Origin: Tubulanus polymorphus
Taxonomy: Eukaryota; Animalia; Nemertea
Length of the DNA: 64,000 nt
NCBI RefSeq assembly: GCF_964204645.1
Contig: NC_134028.1
Coordinates: forward strand, 22,378,345 to 22,442,344
Direction of reading: 5' to 3'
Position numbers and translations under genes: made by a program. The notes under the pieces were generated by a model. The model did no database searches. It saw nothing but the letters and a program-made list of their open reading frames with translations, and was not told the DNA's origin. Of this stretch, positions 40,166 through 55,100 are shown one piece after another. Numbering within the stretch: the first letter of the stretch is position 1; each line of letters opens with the position of its first letter.

Positions 40166-43100
40166 ATGTTCATAACGGTATGTATGAGAATTGCGATGTT
40201 GTTTACGGTCGTTCTACATCAGTGCGGAGCGTGCGGAATCAACAGCGGCAAAACATGCATGAAAATCGGTAAGTCTTCAAAACGATGAACAACGACTCCT
40301 AAGAACATGTCCTCCGGTTGAGTTTTTGATCTGAATTCAAATCGGGAAGAAAGTTTATGTCATGAATGTGCTGAGAATCCCACACTGATATAACATGAAA
40401 GATGAAGTTTGAAAAGTTTCCTAAAAGCTAATGATTCATTAATTTGACGCTCCGACTTTAAACGTATAGTCGTCTTCCTGGAGATAACTATCGAAGATGA
40501 CTATTAGGTTGTAGTCCGAACATCGAATAAATAAATCATAAGCTTTAAGGAAACTATTTTCGGACTTCATCTTTCGTATATCAGTGTGCCGAAAATGCTC
40601 TTTATATCGTCACAACACGGACATACTGTTTGACCAATGGTAATTATGATTAACGCCTTTAATCACGAAAGAAAATTATTTCATTCAAATCCGACCTTTT
40701 AAGTCTTCGCAAAGATTCTATTCTAAACAGCCATATCCAATTTAGTTTTTTTAAATCTTTAAGTAGGGATTGACTCCTTTTGTTATTTATGTGATTGGTA
40801 TATTTCGTTTGATTTGTTTTGATGTGGTGTCCTTACAAACCAACACACCTGCCGGGAGCGAAACAGGGGCGATAGTTTTATCACCAAGCGTTTAGAGCGA
40901 ATGTATACATGCGTCCTGTCATCGAAGTTTAGATCTTCGCCATGAATATATCCCGCTATCCCCCTAGCTAATACGAACAGCACATTATACGGCTAAATAT
41001 TTCGGTTAATTATGGTAATATATCCGCGTGGCATATTGAAATTTCGGATGTCGCGAAAACGCGTCATGCAGCGTTGAATTACACGGCGAATAATGGGATA
41101 AATTCACCGGAGACACTAAAGCATGGAAATCGCTCCGATTCGAATCCCTAAACGCCGGTAAATTCAAGCCCTCGTATATCCGTTAATATTAATCGTATTA
41201 GAGACGTGTATAGTTTAATTGCCGTCATACGATAACGTTGTATCATAGATTCACGCGCCGCCGCAAAATATGAATCTGGTTATGATTGAATATCAAAAAT
41301 TCATAAAGACTTTATGAATTTTTGTCGATACCCGCTTACTCCTCATGGTAAGACTCAAGAAACAGTTTATGTCTTTCAATTCAAGTCCACAGTGACACAT
41401 CGATTAAGATTACGATTGCGATCGTATTTACACTCCAAACATTTCCATAGTATATAGAGGAAAACATTACACAATCATATATATATATATATAAACACTA
41501 ATATTTAAATCAACGCTTAAGTGATACAAATCTAAAAAAAATAAAAACGAAAATATTATACTTTAACTATTTACAATACGTATATACTATTGGGGGGATC
41601 TATATACATCTAATGAATTTAGCCAATTGGACCGTTAGGTTTTTCAATGGTATTAAACGTATCACATCGAAACAACCCAACAACGCCACCTAGTGATGAG
41701 AAGAGTAGGCCTAGTATTATTGTGTATCGACATGACAGTGATTTTCTCAGTCATGTGACTCGCTCGTTGTCGCTGATTGGTCGCCGTGTCGGTTTTCGTT
41801 CTTGTATGGATATACTCTCGCATCGCATACACCTATCAAAAAATGTTGGCTTCGCGAAACAGTGTTCCGTGTTTCAGAACCGACGACGCTGTTACGAAAC
41901 AAGCTATGAACATGTAAATTCCCAAAATTAAACAATAGAAATATTTCAGTCTGAAATAGAATTTTTTAGACTGAAGAACGATGGGGATAAACATTCATTG
42001 TCATCACGTATCATCGCGGATACTGCGATCAACACTGGGCCATCAAGCCTAAACGCGTTTTTAAAAAATGTTTTTCGTGTTTATTTTGAACGCTAGGCTT
42101 TACGCACGTGTATCGGATCGGTATAGCTTTAAACAACCCGACTGTGAATCCGAACGTCGTTAGGGATTAAGCTGATTTGAAAACCAAATAGAAATATCGT
42201 AATAATTAGGAATTCGTCGTACGTATTTATATCGCAATATGTCACCAAGTCGTGTTGGAGTATACAGGCGTCAATCCGTTACACAATTTGGATACCGCAC
42301 GTATTGCATGCGAATATACGATTCCAACGATTTAAAGTCGTTAATTTTGCATCATGTTGTGAATATATGAGGCCCGTCTGTGAGAGTCGAATGTTTTACG
42401 CGTGTTCGTAATTCAAAGCGCGAATCGACGGTGAAAATAATAGCGATAACGACAAGAATGTCGACAGATGAAAATAAACGCGGCTGAACGTGGCTTCTCC
42501 GTCATTGAAATATTTCGCCAGAAACCCTGAAAATCGCGTGGTTTGAAGTCAGGCCGCACCTTTACCGCACTAGAAGAAACAATCCAACCCCTTCTCGGTG
42601 TGCTCCCACGCCACCAGAACTAAACAACCCTCACTCCGTCCCGACCAAACCCAACAATCAAATAAACCACAGGGCCTATTTTAACAGAAAAGACATCTCC
42701 AAAATCTCTTAACTAAATCGTACCTTTCGAAACGCATATACCATACCGGATTATTCATATAGTTATTTATGTATAGTAGTGTGACACCCTGTAACATACA
42801 TAGAATAGAATCATACTTATTTTAGTATCACCAAAATACATAAATAAATTTACTTAGATAATATATATATATAGAGATTATGTATTGTTGGTATCCCCCA
42901 TACTGTCCGACACAAGATGAGAATTTGAACGATTATCATTTCATTTTCAACGAGGGAAATGGCCACGCATAAAAAAACACCCGCTGCATCAATCAGACCG
43001 ATTATATCTCACTGAAGCCATTATTTGCGTTGGGAATGGATGTGGTTTTTGTGTAATTTCCACCGAGTTGCGGTCGGTGTCTATGTGTTTCGCGTAGCTG

Positions 43101-46100
43101 TAAATATGATAACTCGATGTAATGATCGAGCCCGTTTATAGCTGTGTATCAGTTTATCAAACTACCCGGGGATTTCTGTAGAGTCTGTATTCGGACTGTG
43201 TATTCGACGCGCTGATGATGGATCCGGCAATTATTCCGTTGATTGGTAATGATTTTGTGGCCATGAAATTTGTCCTATACATAAATACAATTAAGTCGAC
43301 GTTGTTGTTGTTGTTAGCGATGATGGTGCGTCTATTGCGATGCGGGTCTTCGCTCGCACTCTCTCCCCGTCCTCGCAAAGTAAATTTCCGATATCTAAAG
43401 CGCTCGGTAAACGCTTTCGAATCCCTGGTGATAACTTAAATGAATTGCGTATTAACGAGAATATCCTCGAGTCCAAGAAGAGTCGTTTGTGTAATGAACT
43501 GCTATAGCGCGTCTTGTAGTGGAGACATCGCAAAACGTATCACCATGACTAGACGTATTATCACGTTTTGGATCGTAATCGATCACGGGTTTCTGGATCC
43601 CTGGCGATTTTTTCGGTATCATGAATTATACAAAAACCGCTTATTCTGACCTTGGTGTTAAATGGCGCTGGGAGCAGTGCCTGGTTTCAGGAAAGGCGAA
43701 CGAGCCATTGGAGAAATAACTGTTACGATGTCGGTGACAACGCTTTACACGTCACGCCAAAATCTAACTGAATTACGTATGTGTAATGGTGAACTTTTGC
43801 CCGGGTAGAGGGAAACGATGCCATACCCGGACAGAGCATCGCTTTGCTAATGTATCATGCAGTGGCTTGAAAATTGGCTAAAATTCAAATGTGCATCTAT
43901 TTCATTTATTCACCGAAATCCCTTAAGGTTCAAACCGCAGTTGCAACAAGAAGTCGGTTTTATCGTGTAATACTGTCGTGACGAGAAACGATGGAAATAT
44001 CGGTTAGAAATACGGATAGTGTTCCTATACGGAGTAATTACTTTACCCTCGAACGTCGGTATAAGGGGCTAACTACCGCGTGAAGGTGTAAATAGTCGCA
44101 TAACCGCGTTTCTAGAAACCCAGCTTACATATACGGCAAGTGACGTCACCGACTATACTCTCGAGTGTGAATGACGCGAATGGTTCAGTAACCACGCAGA
44201 CAAAAAATTGAATGCTCATTTGAAGTCCTTTTTAATGTCGACAAGCCTACATCATCAGCCAATCATTGATTTAATTTGATTTGAGTTATTTACATCGATA
44301 ATAAAGAAGTTTCCATTTTCTAGGCGCCATTTTGTGGCGGTCCCTCGAGGTCCCCATAACCCTCTTAACCCTCTGTGAAAATAGGAAATATAGCTTCAAG
44401 AGATACTTAGATATTTCAAAATTAATAGATATTGCGGTTTCTTTTACGCACGGTTAAGATATGCGGTCTTTTTATGCGGTCCTTTTATGCAGTTTCACAT
44501 CGTCACTTCCAAGAAATTCCAAGAATCGCCAGCAGATATCTGCATTTCATTTCCTTTAAAATGCTGTATAACTTAAGTTCATCGAGCAATGGACTGCAGA
44601 ACTATATGATATTCAATCTAAACTTATGTTTTAAAAATGAGCGCAAATCATCGCAACAATAGGGACCTCGAGGGACCGCCACAAAATGGCGCCTAGAAAC
44701 GGGAAACTTCTTTATTGGTACAAATTGAATGGTTGATAAATCATGATAGTAGTTGAATTATGTGGGAATCTAGAAAAAAGCTAATGGATGATTCTACCAT
44801 AGAACTCAAATCAAAGGGTTCTATGATTCTACGAAGAAGTAGATCTGTACATAAGTATAATGTTTCATCAATTTAATCATACCTGATGAGGAGATACCTC
44901 ACCTGATGAGGTGGTATCACCTCATGTGATGAGAAGGTATCACCTTACCTGATGAGAGGGTATCACCTCATCCAAGAGTATCCCATCACCTGATGAGGGG
45001 AAAATATGATCCCATAAACATTCTTGTCAATGAGCTGTTATTTCTCATTAGAAAACGAGATATGTATTATCATCGCTTCTATCGATTTTCCATTTGCCTA
45101 ACTTCTCTAGCTAAGATTTTGACTTTTTTTCTGAAATTGAATTTAGGGATTGATTCTGTTGTCGATTTGGAGTCGTAAGCATATACTTATACACCTGGAC
45201 GCAAGCGGACTAAATAGAGAAAACAGAATCACAATCGACACTCAATCGACGTAGTCTATTAACCTAACGTATGACTTATTTATTAAGGGCAGGTTGCAGG
45301 TGTACATTGACATTGGGTTAGAAACTAATTTTGTTCTCAATCGATGAAAAAATATCGAAAAGCGCAACAGATGTTTCTCAACATGCGTTCGAGTGATTAT
45401 TGTGTTTCTAGGGATTTCGATCGGGAAAATCTGTCGCCAAACCGCTGAACTAATATTTGCGTCGTATGAAAAAAGACTCGGAAAAATCGTGAAATGAGAT
45501 TCGAACTCGTCTAGCGTCAAAGAAGATCAACGACCCTTCCGTATAGAAAACATATCATGTACAAAACCTAAATTTGAGGATTGTGAAGAAAACTAAGTGA
45601 GTAGGACGTTTTGATTTAATTCCATGAGCCATTTGAAAATGGCTCATAGAATTGAATCTATACGTCACTACTCTCTATAGTTTTGAAAATGGCTCATAGA
45701 ATTGAATCTATACGTCACTACTCTCTATAGTTATGAAAATGGCTCATAGAATTGAATCTATACGTCACTGCTCTCTTAGTTTTGAAAATAGCTCATCGAA
45801 TTGAATCTATACGTCACTACTCTCTTAGTTTAAATAAGGGCTCAAACGTCTCAACATTCTTAGTTTTGAAAACGGCTCATAGAATTGAGTCGAAACGTCC
45901 CAATTCTTAAGTTTTTCTTTACATGAATACATTCGTATATACCTCTTGCCTTCACAGAGACTTTTTCGATACACGCCTGGATTTAATGTTTATAGGGTGC
46001 TTATGGTATTAACTTTAACCAAGGTCTAACTCAACGTCCTATAAAAATCGAGTTAACCCCCGGTTTCAACAGCAATCTATACAACCGCTATTCTAATTGC

Positions 46101-49100
46101 CTCCAGGGGTAAACGAACGAGCAGCCTTGGTAATGAAACTGGTGCTTATTTGATAACCTCGGTTTACTTTTTCACTTCTTATCTATTATTTTTATCCATT
46201 CTTACGATTGCTGTGTAAATAAGTTTAACAACAAATGGAAAACAGCTCCAACGAGGTTTAGGTAGTATATATAGGGAAATACTCGGCGCCTCGGGTTATG
46301 TAAAATATAAATACAGAATAACATACAGAAAAACATCATTTTTAAAGGTATATCGTGCCATGTGTAAAAAATGGTCGTATTCGCTTGATTATGAATATCA
46401 AACTTCATTATCAGTTAGAATCAACTTAATGACGAATAACACAGATTGATACGCTTGAAAGCATTGAGGAATGTATTACGAATCGTGAGTCGAGTAAAGA
46501 CAGTGACAATCTGAAAGGACAGAGAATAAAATCCTTCATTTCTTCAAGGCAATTTTTTACAGTTCGTACATCCGTAGCATTCAGTGCTATGTCATAACAA
46601 GCAATCGTGTCCTCTGGTTTTCCATAGCTATAAATGTCTAGCAATGTATTCAACGTAGATTGCTTTACCCATCAATTTAATGAATATCAGAGGCCAGTTG
46701 CTCGGTTAAAGATAACCTGTGGCTGAATACCATCAAACTCTAACCAACTTTTGAGCGACTGGCCACTGGGCGGAAGGATCAGTTGTAGATGACAATATCC
46801 GTGATGAAACGATAAGCGTAAAGTCCCACAAGAACTGATGGCTAAAATGTTTATGTGAAACACTATTTCGGGTGGTTGCTACCACCATTCTTTAGTCGAA
46901 AATGACTTGCCAAAAAGGGCGGGTGGGGGTGCACAGAATTCTTTCTAGGGATACGAACTAATCCTCAATTCAGCAAATGAAACACAGACAGACGTGCATA
47001 GATAAAGTATACGTAAGAATCAAATGGAAAACACAGAGATGTATGAAGTACAGAAAAGAGCTTTTAATGTAAAAATCCTCGATGATTGTGTGTATAAACG
47101 GTTCTCTGGCGGGCTGTGGCTTTCTCTCTCCGCGGTAAAGATATATACAATAAAACCTTTAAACGCTCGGTTATCAACAGAAGCCAAACCGCGCCGTGGA
47201 GAGAAATTTGTTATCATAAAGCGTAAACTGGAAATATGACGGCTTTTATACAATATGTACGTATTCAGCCGGTATAGATACTGTTTTATGATGCAGGATG
47301 TTATCGCGGTTCGCTACGGGCCGTGCGTATCATCTCACAACTATAAAACAGTTCATATGATCGATTGAAAACATTACGACGAAATCTGGAATAGTTACCT
47401 TAGATAAATGTTTATTACGGAATAAGAGATATTCTTAATTGTTAAGTTTAGTTTCGTTTGCAAAAAAGCACTTAAGTTGTTCGGAGATATTCTCTTCGCC
47501 TCGTGATGTCAACAAGCTGAAACTGATTTTATGAGTTTGAATGATAATACACGCTGATTTTCCAGTATGTTTCTGTTTTGGAGAACTGATTTTAGCTTCC
47601 CTATCCGAAGGATATTTCAGTTAACCCAATCAATTTTAACCATGTACTGATATAAATGTCATTTTAGAGAACTGAAAGTTAAACATGCTAAGTTAACATT
47701 TGACCGAAACATCCGAGTCCGTGTTGTAAAGACGGACAAACCCACAGTCAGAAAGAAAATAGTCCGAACAGGTTTCCTTTAATAAATCCTATATTTTTGA
47801 CGTTTCCACTACATCCCAATACAATATTCTTCTTCTGGAATCCGTGTCAGAAATTCAATTTCATATCTGTTTAGTAAAGTGAAATATTAGACTTCGCTCA
47901 AGTCGGATCTTTTGGACCGTAAAATTGTGTCTGACTTAAGTGATATTCGAGTTGGATGTTATGTATTTCACAGGGTCACAGAAAAAAAAACATCCAAGTT
48001 GAACTGTTATCCGACTTGGTCATCCTCCCTCTGCAGGGACTCGAACCTGATTGCATCGCTACACTCAGCCACGGCACGAACCCCTGCATCAGTAGACCGG
48101 GTGTGCAGGTACATGCGCAGCTTTCCGAACGAAAACTGGCGGCACCAATCAGATTGCTCGTTGTATAATCGTTTCAAGGAAGAACTATAAATGGGAAAAC
48201 CCGGGCTAGAATAAAACGGGATTTCTGATTGGCTAAAAATCACATCATCTGAACTGCGCATGTATCTGCGCACACGGTCGATTATGGCAGGGTTTCGTGC
48301 CGTGGCAATCTCGATGCCATCAGGTTCGAATCCCTGCCGGGGGAGGATGGACTTGGTCGGATCCGACTAGGGCGGAGTCTATACTGTAGTGTAGCTAATC
48401 TTAGTTTTGTTGGTTCAACTACGAGTCATTCTACGATGACTCCCGCTTCATTCTGGCGGACGTATGTACGCGTCAATACCCGTAACAATATATATCGTTT
48501 CTATTAATTCGCTAGCTCACAAAACAAATAACAAAAAAACTAAAAACGCTCTTTCGCGATATACGTCAAGTTGTAACGATATTGCGATGGATCGAGCTCT
48601 CTCGAGAATCTCTCCACTCCATCTCAGTATTTCCGTCTAAAGCACCATTTAGACGCGCGAGACGTATACGAACGTCGGCAGTCAGTCGATCGCGGTCGGA
48701 AACAACGCGCAGCCATATCCCCCACTCTGCCTTCATTCCCATATCGCTAAAGCACTTACGACTCAATTAATCTTTGGCGTCGTCGGCAGCGGCGGCGGCG
48801 ATGATTTTGTAAAATTCGTTCGTTCGAAAATATTCCAGTTTCGTCGATAACTGGCGTATTATACCCTACAGATTCATTCGGTTTGAAGTACTTAAAATGA
48901 CGGCGCGTTTTATTTATTTGCTGTATAGTAATTGTTACAGCGATTCTGAAGTCCGCTGTCACGAGACGTTGGCGGAAAAATGAAATATGCTATCGAACTG
49001 AGTGATGTTGAATCGTTGAAATGATTAGAATATTTATGAACATATCGCGACCGTATTAAACAGTCATTCATAAGTTGTACTGTCGTCACTGTGTTGAACA

Positions 49101-52100
49101 ATGTTTCAAAATGTCGATATCATATCTGGATTCGACGATAATTACGCAGTATTCATGTGGATGCATAACAGCTCCTAAATGCTGAACTCCATATTAGACC
49201 TATAATGCCCAAAGCTTTACTACTAGGCACTCTACGCTGAGAAAAGGTAAAGGGGTTAGTTGCTAAAGCTACTAGTCTTTCACCAACCCAGGGATCCCGG
49301 CAGAGTTTCTTGAGTTCGAATCCCCGACCTGGCATATTAGAGAAGCAGGACCCGGTTTTACAGTTGTGAGTTAAGAATTAAATACAAGAGTTAACTCATT
49401 GAAAATGAACTAATTTCAACCCAGAATTAACTCAAAACGGTGGAACCGGTTCCAGATGCTCAAACCGCTCACCAACCGTTCCACAATTGAGTATTTTATT
49501 TGTAGGTTTGATAATCGACGAGGACGACCCTATAGCGTCGTGGCTGGTCAGTTCTACTGTAAGGTTGATCAACAACAACCCCGGAATTCTGAAAGGATAC
49601 TGGCTGACAATCGTCGAAGAAAAATTGCACGATCAAAATCCGTTCCTGGCAATGACAGCAGGTAATAGAAACACCGTTTACTAAAAAAAGATTCGCTTTC
49701 TAACACTCCTTGTAAGGGAATAATTAGCATTGAACTTTTTCAAACTTGCTCATCCCTAAAATAGGCTGCCGTGATTGGTCCTTCTTAGTTGATAATCATT
49801 TCCATATAACGGCTACGATTAATGACCAATCAGCGTTCGTAGAATAACACGTAATCGCTCAAACAGCTGCTACTAAAGAGGACCATTTCCCAGAATGACT
49901 TAATTTTTATATTCCATCCATTATGGCATATAAATGTGTGAGTCGTTTTGTGACATTACTCCCACAAGTCGTCCTAAACCTAATGTAAGATAATACCATA
50001 TTAACAAAAAATGTTTTGAAAGCGATGCCTGACATTTTCTACCCGTATCTCCCCAGACAGAGGCGTAATTCGACCTTCGTAAAGCTACACCGCGTAAACC
50101 TAAACGCGACTCGGGCGGTGAATAGCAAGTAGCCGCCGCTCGTATTTCATCGACTTCGTCTAACGCATCGATTGCCCGATAATCCAGCTTTTGTATTTAT
50201 TTCTCTCATTCCCGATTGGTATCGGCGGATTTTCTTTCAAATCTGAGCAGAGCGCCGACGCAACCGATACGGGAAATAGCGTCGTCATTGGACAATGCGT
50301 CGTGAATACTAATAGCTACATATCGCGTATCTTGCTGCTTCACACGCGGATCTATACTTAAGTGTACTTTTTTATCCATTTGCTACGGTGCTCATAACGC
50401 GCGACTGTCTGTCGTTGTAAACGTGATGGACGATAATTCCAAAGGCGAATGTATAATTGGAGAAAATATAATGAAAATCATGACGGTGGGGTAAAATGAC
50501 AATATTGCCGCGTGTTTCAATCTACGAATAAAAACCATTTCAGACATATCATACATAAGTTTACACGCATGATTATTCTTATTTGATGCTTTGGTCTCCT
50601 TAAACTCACCAGTCACACCTGCCGCGTACTGAACATGGGATTCGATTTTGAAATCAGAAATCGAAATACTGATACAGTACTGATACTGGATGGTCAGCCG
50701 AATTCGTATGTTTATTCTTGTTTTTTTTTTCAAATCAAAGAACATAATTGGAAATGTCGTTTCCAGTTCATGTAAGCCTGAACCAGTAAGAGGGTTAACT
50801 TTTTTTGGCTGTCGGTGGTGTTGAAGTCCTTTCTAAATTCTGGAACAAATTAAATACAGAATCAAAAAGTTTATTCGTTTTTAAAAAAAGGCTCAAACAT
50901 TCCCTTGTTGAGCGATATTCGTAATTCATTATGTCAATCAGTGTATGTATGTCACTGTCAGTCAGTATATGTATATGTATGTCAATACGTTGTATTATGA
51001 TCGGTATTATGTACTCGTTTTTCTACTCAATTTCATTTCATTTTATATATTTTCTTTTCTAGGGCTGCTTTCTTGTATAAGCTAACTGTTGCTTCAAAGC
51101 AGTCCCTCATCTAATATTATTACAATTTAAATGTATTTGTTTATCCATTAATTCTGTAAAAAATTTACATGAAAATAAAATCATATCATATCATATCTAA
51201 GAACAGTCCTTCTTACTACTGCCAACTCCCAGATAAAATCAACAAGAAGCATATTTTTTTTTTTTGTTCCAGCCTGTGATTTGATAGACGACAACGATAT
51301 GAACGCTTTGATCAGTTTCACTCGGTGCAAAGCGACTAAGGAAATTCGTAAAAACGCCATGGCGGCCGGGATACCGCACATGTTCGTCATGCCGGCATTT
51401 TGTAGATTCAGTCAAAACATGGAATCGACGTCGTTGGCAATGTCGCCCGAGAAACGACTTTACGACGAGGCGGTTACCGATATCATTCAACGAACTAGTT
51501 GGACGTCAATGGTCGTTTTCTATGACAATGAATACGGTAGGATGATAACAAAATGCTGTTTGTTATTCTTGTCTCTCCTTTATTCTCTGAATATAGCCTG
51601 TCATATGCTTTCCATGAAATCAATTTGAACTTGAACTTCAAATGATTCAGCTAATAGTAAAGAATATTACGAAACTCGACGAATTAAAAAATACTATTTG
51701 TTCATCCTATTTTAAAATTAATTTCATAGAATTAGTTAATTGTGCAGCTGCAGACCGGGCCGAAGATGGCTGCCTTCATAACTACCCCTACGACATCGTC
51801 AGCCATCATTTCAAGTACACATTCTCTGAAGAGATGGCTGACGATGTCAAACGGGAATTAATGCAGGCAGCCATCTTTATGGAAGTCCATACGTTTTGCA
51901 GCTTCGAAGGATACTCGAAACGGTACTCGCGTGTTAACGCCTGTGCCTCTCGAAAGCATCAGTAGCTACTTAGAATTTCTGGACGTTTTCGCTCGAGTTC
52001 CGATCGTTTTCATTCCACCTGATTTAGATAACGCCATCCGGTCCATGATGGATGACTGTCAAACAAATAAAAACAACACGCAATTTTCAACAGACTGATC

Positions 52101-55100
52101 GCTTCGCGGCACTACCGACATTCGAGGAAACATTTCTACTTAAATCATCTCGGAAAATCTACTTTACTTTTGACAGATTTCAATCGCTTGGAGACGTACC
52201 TTTCGCCCGAGCTGCGCAAGAAGGTCAAGGTCTCCGTGTACAGAATTCGGCCGCCGAATATTGCCGAAGGAATCATCAAAGCGCAATCTCTCGGGTTTAA
52301 CGTGAAAAATGCCGTCGTGCTCTGCGGCTTAAATACTACATTCCGAGTCATTCAAGAGGTAAACAAGCGATGAACTTAAGATTTATGTTCACTCTATATT
52401 TCTATATTTCAAAAGGTTTACGTAACGCCTTGGTAGGATTATGGAAGAAAAGATTAATTCTTTCAACTACTTTATTCACCGACATTAAGCCCAAAGATGG
52501 CTGCCTTCAAAAGTATCCCTATGATATCGTCATCCATCATTTCAAGTAAACCTTCTCTGGAAACATATCTCCTTCTCTGGAAACATAGCTGACGATGTCA
52601 AACAGAAATTCACGGAGCCATCGTTTGAGGGAGTCCATACGTTTGTAGATTCCACCCATGGCAAGTGAGGCTCCACCAGGTGTGCTAGTAGTACCTTGAC
52701 CTTAACAAGCTTAGCTAACTAAGTAATTAACTTTTCTCATCGTAATCGACAGCCAATGTCGGTAATCATTTGAAATCAATGTATTTTGATTTCATTAGAA
52801 CCTCTCACATCTGGCTGGAGAGAATCGAAAACCCTGGGCCCGGTTTCATATACTGATGTATTAGCTTGAACCCGGGGGCTAATTCAGTTTATTTCAAATT
52901 GAGTTAACCCAGGGTCGAAGATGATATTAGTCTAGAAACGGGCCCTGTGGTTAACTAGCTAGATAGAAGTGGGCTAATAAATACAGAAGAACACAATATC
53001 GATAGGGAAAATATAACGAAACAGTTTCGAGACTCGGTTGAATTGGATTCGATCGTGCGTAAGACAACGGAGAAAAATGATCGTTTATTAATTTTGACAA
53101 ACGGGAAATTGACCGAAAGGCGTTTTTAGCGTAAACTCTATCAACTTCGCTACTGGATATTATTACATAGTCGAGCATATAGCGCATATGTACAAATACG
53201 TGCGTAGAATATCAATATTCGTATATTAGTATTATCACAACGGGGAAGAGGAACCTCTCGTCGCTGTTGCTTATCACCAATAAATAGACACAATAACGCG
53301 TCTTGAAATATCTTTCCCCAGAAAATAGACGCATAGGAAAACACTTGAATAACGACGTTTGAATTTTTTTCATTTTTAGGCAATCAATTTGAAAGTGATA
53401 ACCAGGGACTCCCAGTGGATCGTATTGCAAGAGGTGAGTGAACGCGTTATAGCATTACAATGTACTTGAAAAGGCGCTAGAAATTATATTCGCTATAATC
53501 AATGCGTAATATCGACATTAAAGAAGATGATATCGATTATATACACATGTAATATCATGGATCAATAAAGTTTGATTTTAGATTTGAATATATCGATGAT
53601 TGAATTGAATTGACCGACAACCAGTCTAACCCCTATACATTGATGACGTTGCAAGCAACCTCTCAAAAGTATCTATAAGAATTCAAAATAAAAATGAAAT
53701 TAGAGTTACAGAGTAAGAATAGAGTTACAAAAAATGCCAGAATTCTCAATTGTAATTGTCATTTCGAAACGCCAATATCGATGACGTAGTGCACCTACGA
53801 AGTGATTGAATCTAATTCGGAGCAAATGGAAATTATTGTGTATATATATTTGTATGTACTCGCGGCGTAGAATTTGCGATACGAAGACATTCCAGTCGGC
53901 AAAGATTCGGAAGGCATAATTACCATCGTCCGTCCGAGCGACAAGTGGAGCGAGAGTGGAAAACGCTTAAAAGCGCGTTGGAAAAACAATGAAGTAGTCA
54001 GCAAATTCCCGTTGAAGGTACTTTGAGAATACGTTCTCGAGTATTGAGAAAAGAACGGCTTTTGTATTGAAAGCGTCGATGTTTGTTTATGTAGCATTGC
54101 GCTTTATATAACTTTAATTCAGTGGCAGTAAGAGTCTTTATAGAGTCTCCATGCGCTCTTGTATCTACGTACGTGTGCGAGAACTGGGAGGGGAGGGGAT
54201 GTGGAGGTCTTCCTCACACAATAGTGTCTGGCGTGACGTAATTGATGATGGGGTCCTAAAATCCTGATATCCGATGTCAACCAGTGCTGCAGACATACCA
54301 TATTACAAAAATCACAAAATAATCAAAATCAATTTGTCACTATCACAAGGGCTCGTCACGATAGTTGGGGTCCAAAATAAAAGATTCTTTTTTATAGGTG
54401 GTACCTAAGATACTAGAGTGACTGGGTCAAATCTTTTATTTTGGACACCTTCCTATCTCGATGAGCCCCGGTGGTCACTATGGGCAAACATTCAACGCTG
54501 AAGCACCGGTAGGTTCAAATCTCTGTCATTAGATAATGAGGGTTCCTAGGACAATCGGTCCAAATAAAGGGACAGCGGAAATGTGCACACAATATAGAAA
54601 TTAACCGAATTTGTATCTTCATTTTCCATCAGAACGATTACACCTACCTACACGATGCTGTGTACGAGGTGGCCTACGGATTACAGTCACTGGTCGTCCA
54701 GAACGCGTGGGTGCGGCCTTCAAACGTCACATGTGGAAACGGCAATAAATGGACCCCTGGAAAGCGAGTCATTAAACATATCAAAACCAGTAACGTAAGA
54801 ACGACTTATGCATAATTAATGGTATTAATATGATGATTGGCGTTAGTACAACAATCCTCAGGTTAAATGTTTAAAATCTGTTATCAAACTGGTCTGAATC
54901 AGTCGTTTTCCCTGGGGAGAATTGACATTGATACCAATGCCCATAGCATCCGAGGAATACATAGCCAGAGCTGCACCGAGCGCTCAGGCCAGGTACCTCT
55001 TACTCCTGGGTGAGATTGGCAATAGACATATCTGGCTCGGGGTTCACTGAGAACCTTAGTGGCAATGGTTGATCGCTTTCGCACCAACTGGTGGTTCACG

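Noticed and set aside
44879-45005. Repeated CTGATGAG as tandem hammerhead cores or a CRISPR-like array
   Set aside because: No GAAA follows the hairpins in register, there are no unique spacers, and the context is eukaryotic. It is a simple minisatellite.
45634-45893. CRISPR-like regular repeats
   Set aside because: Head-to-tail units with no spacers and no cas genes.
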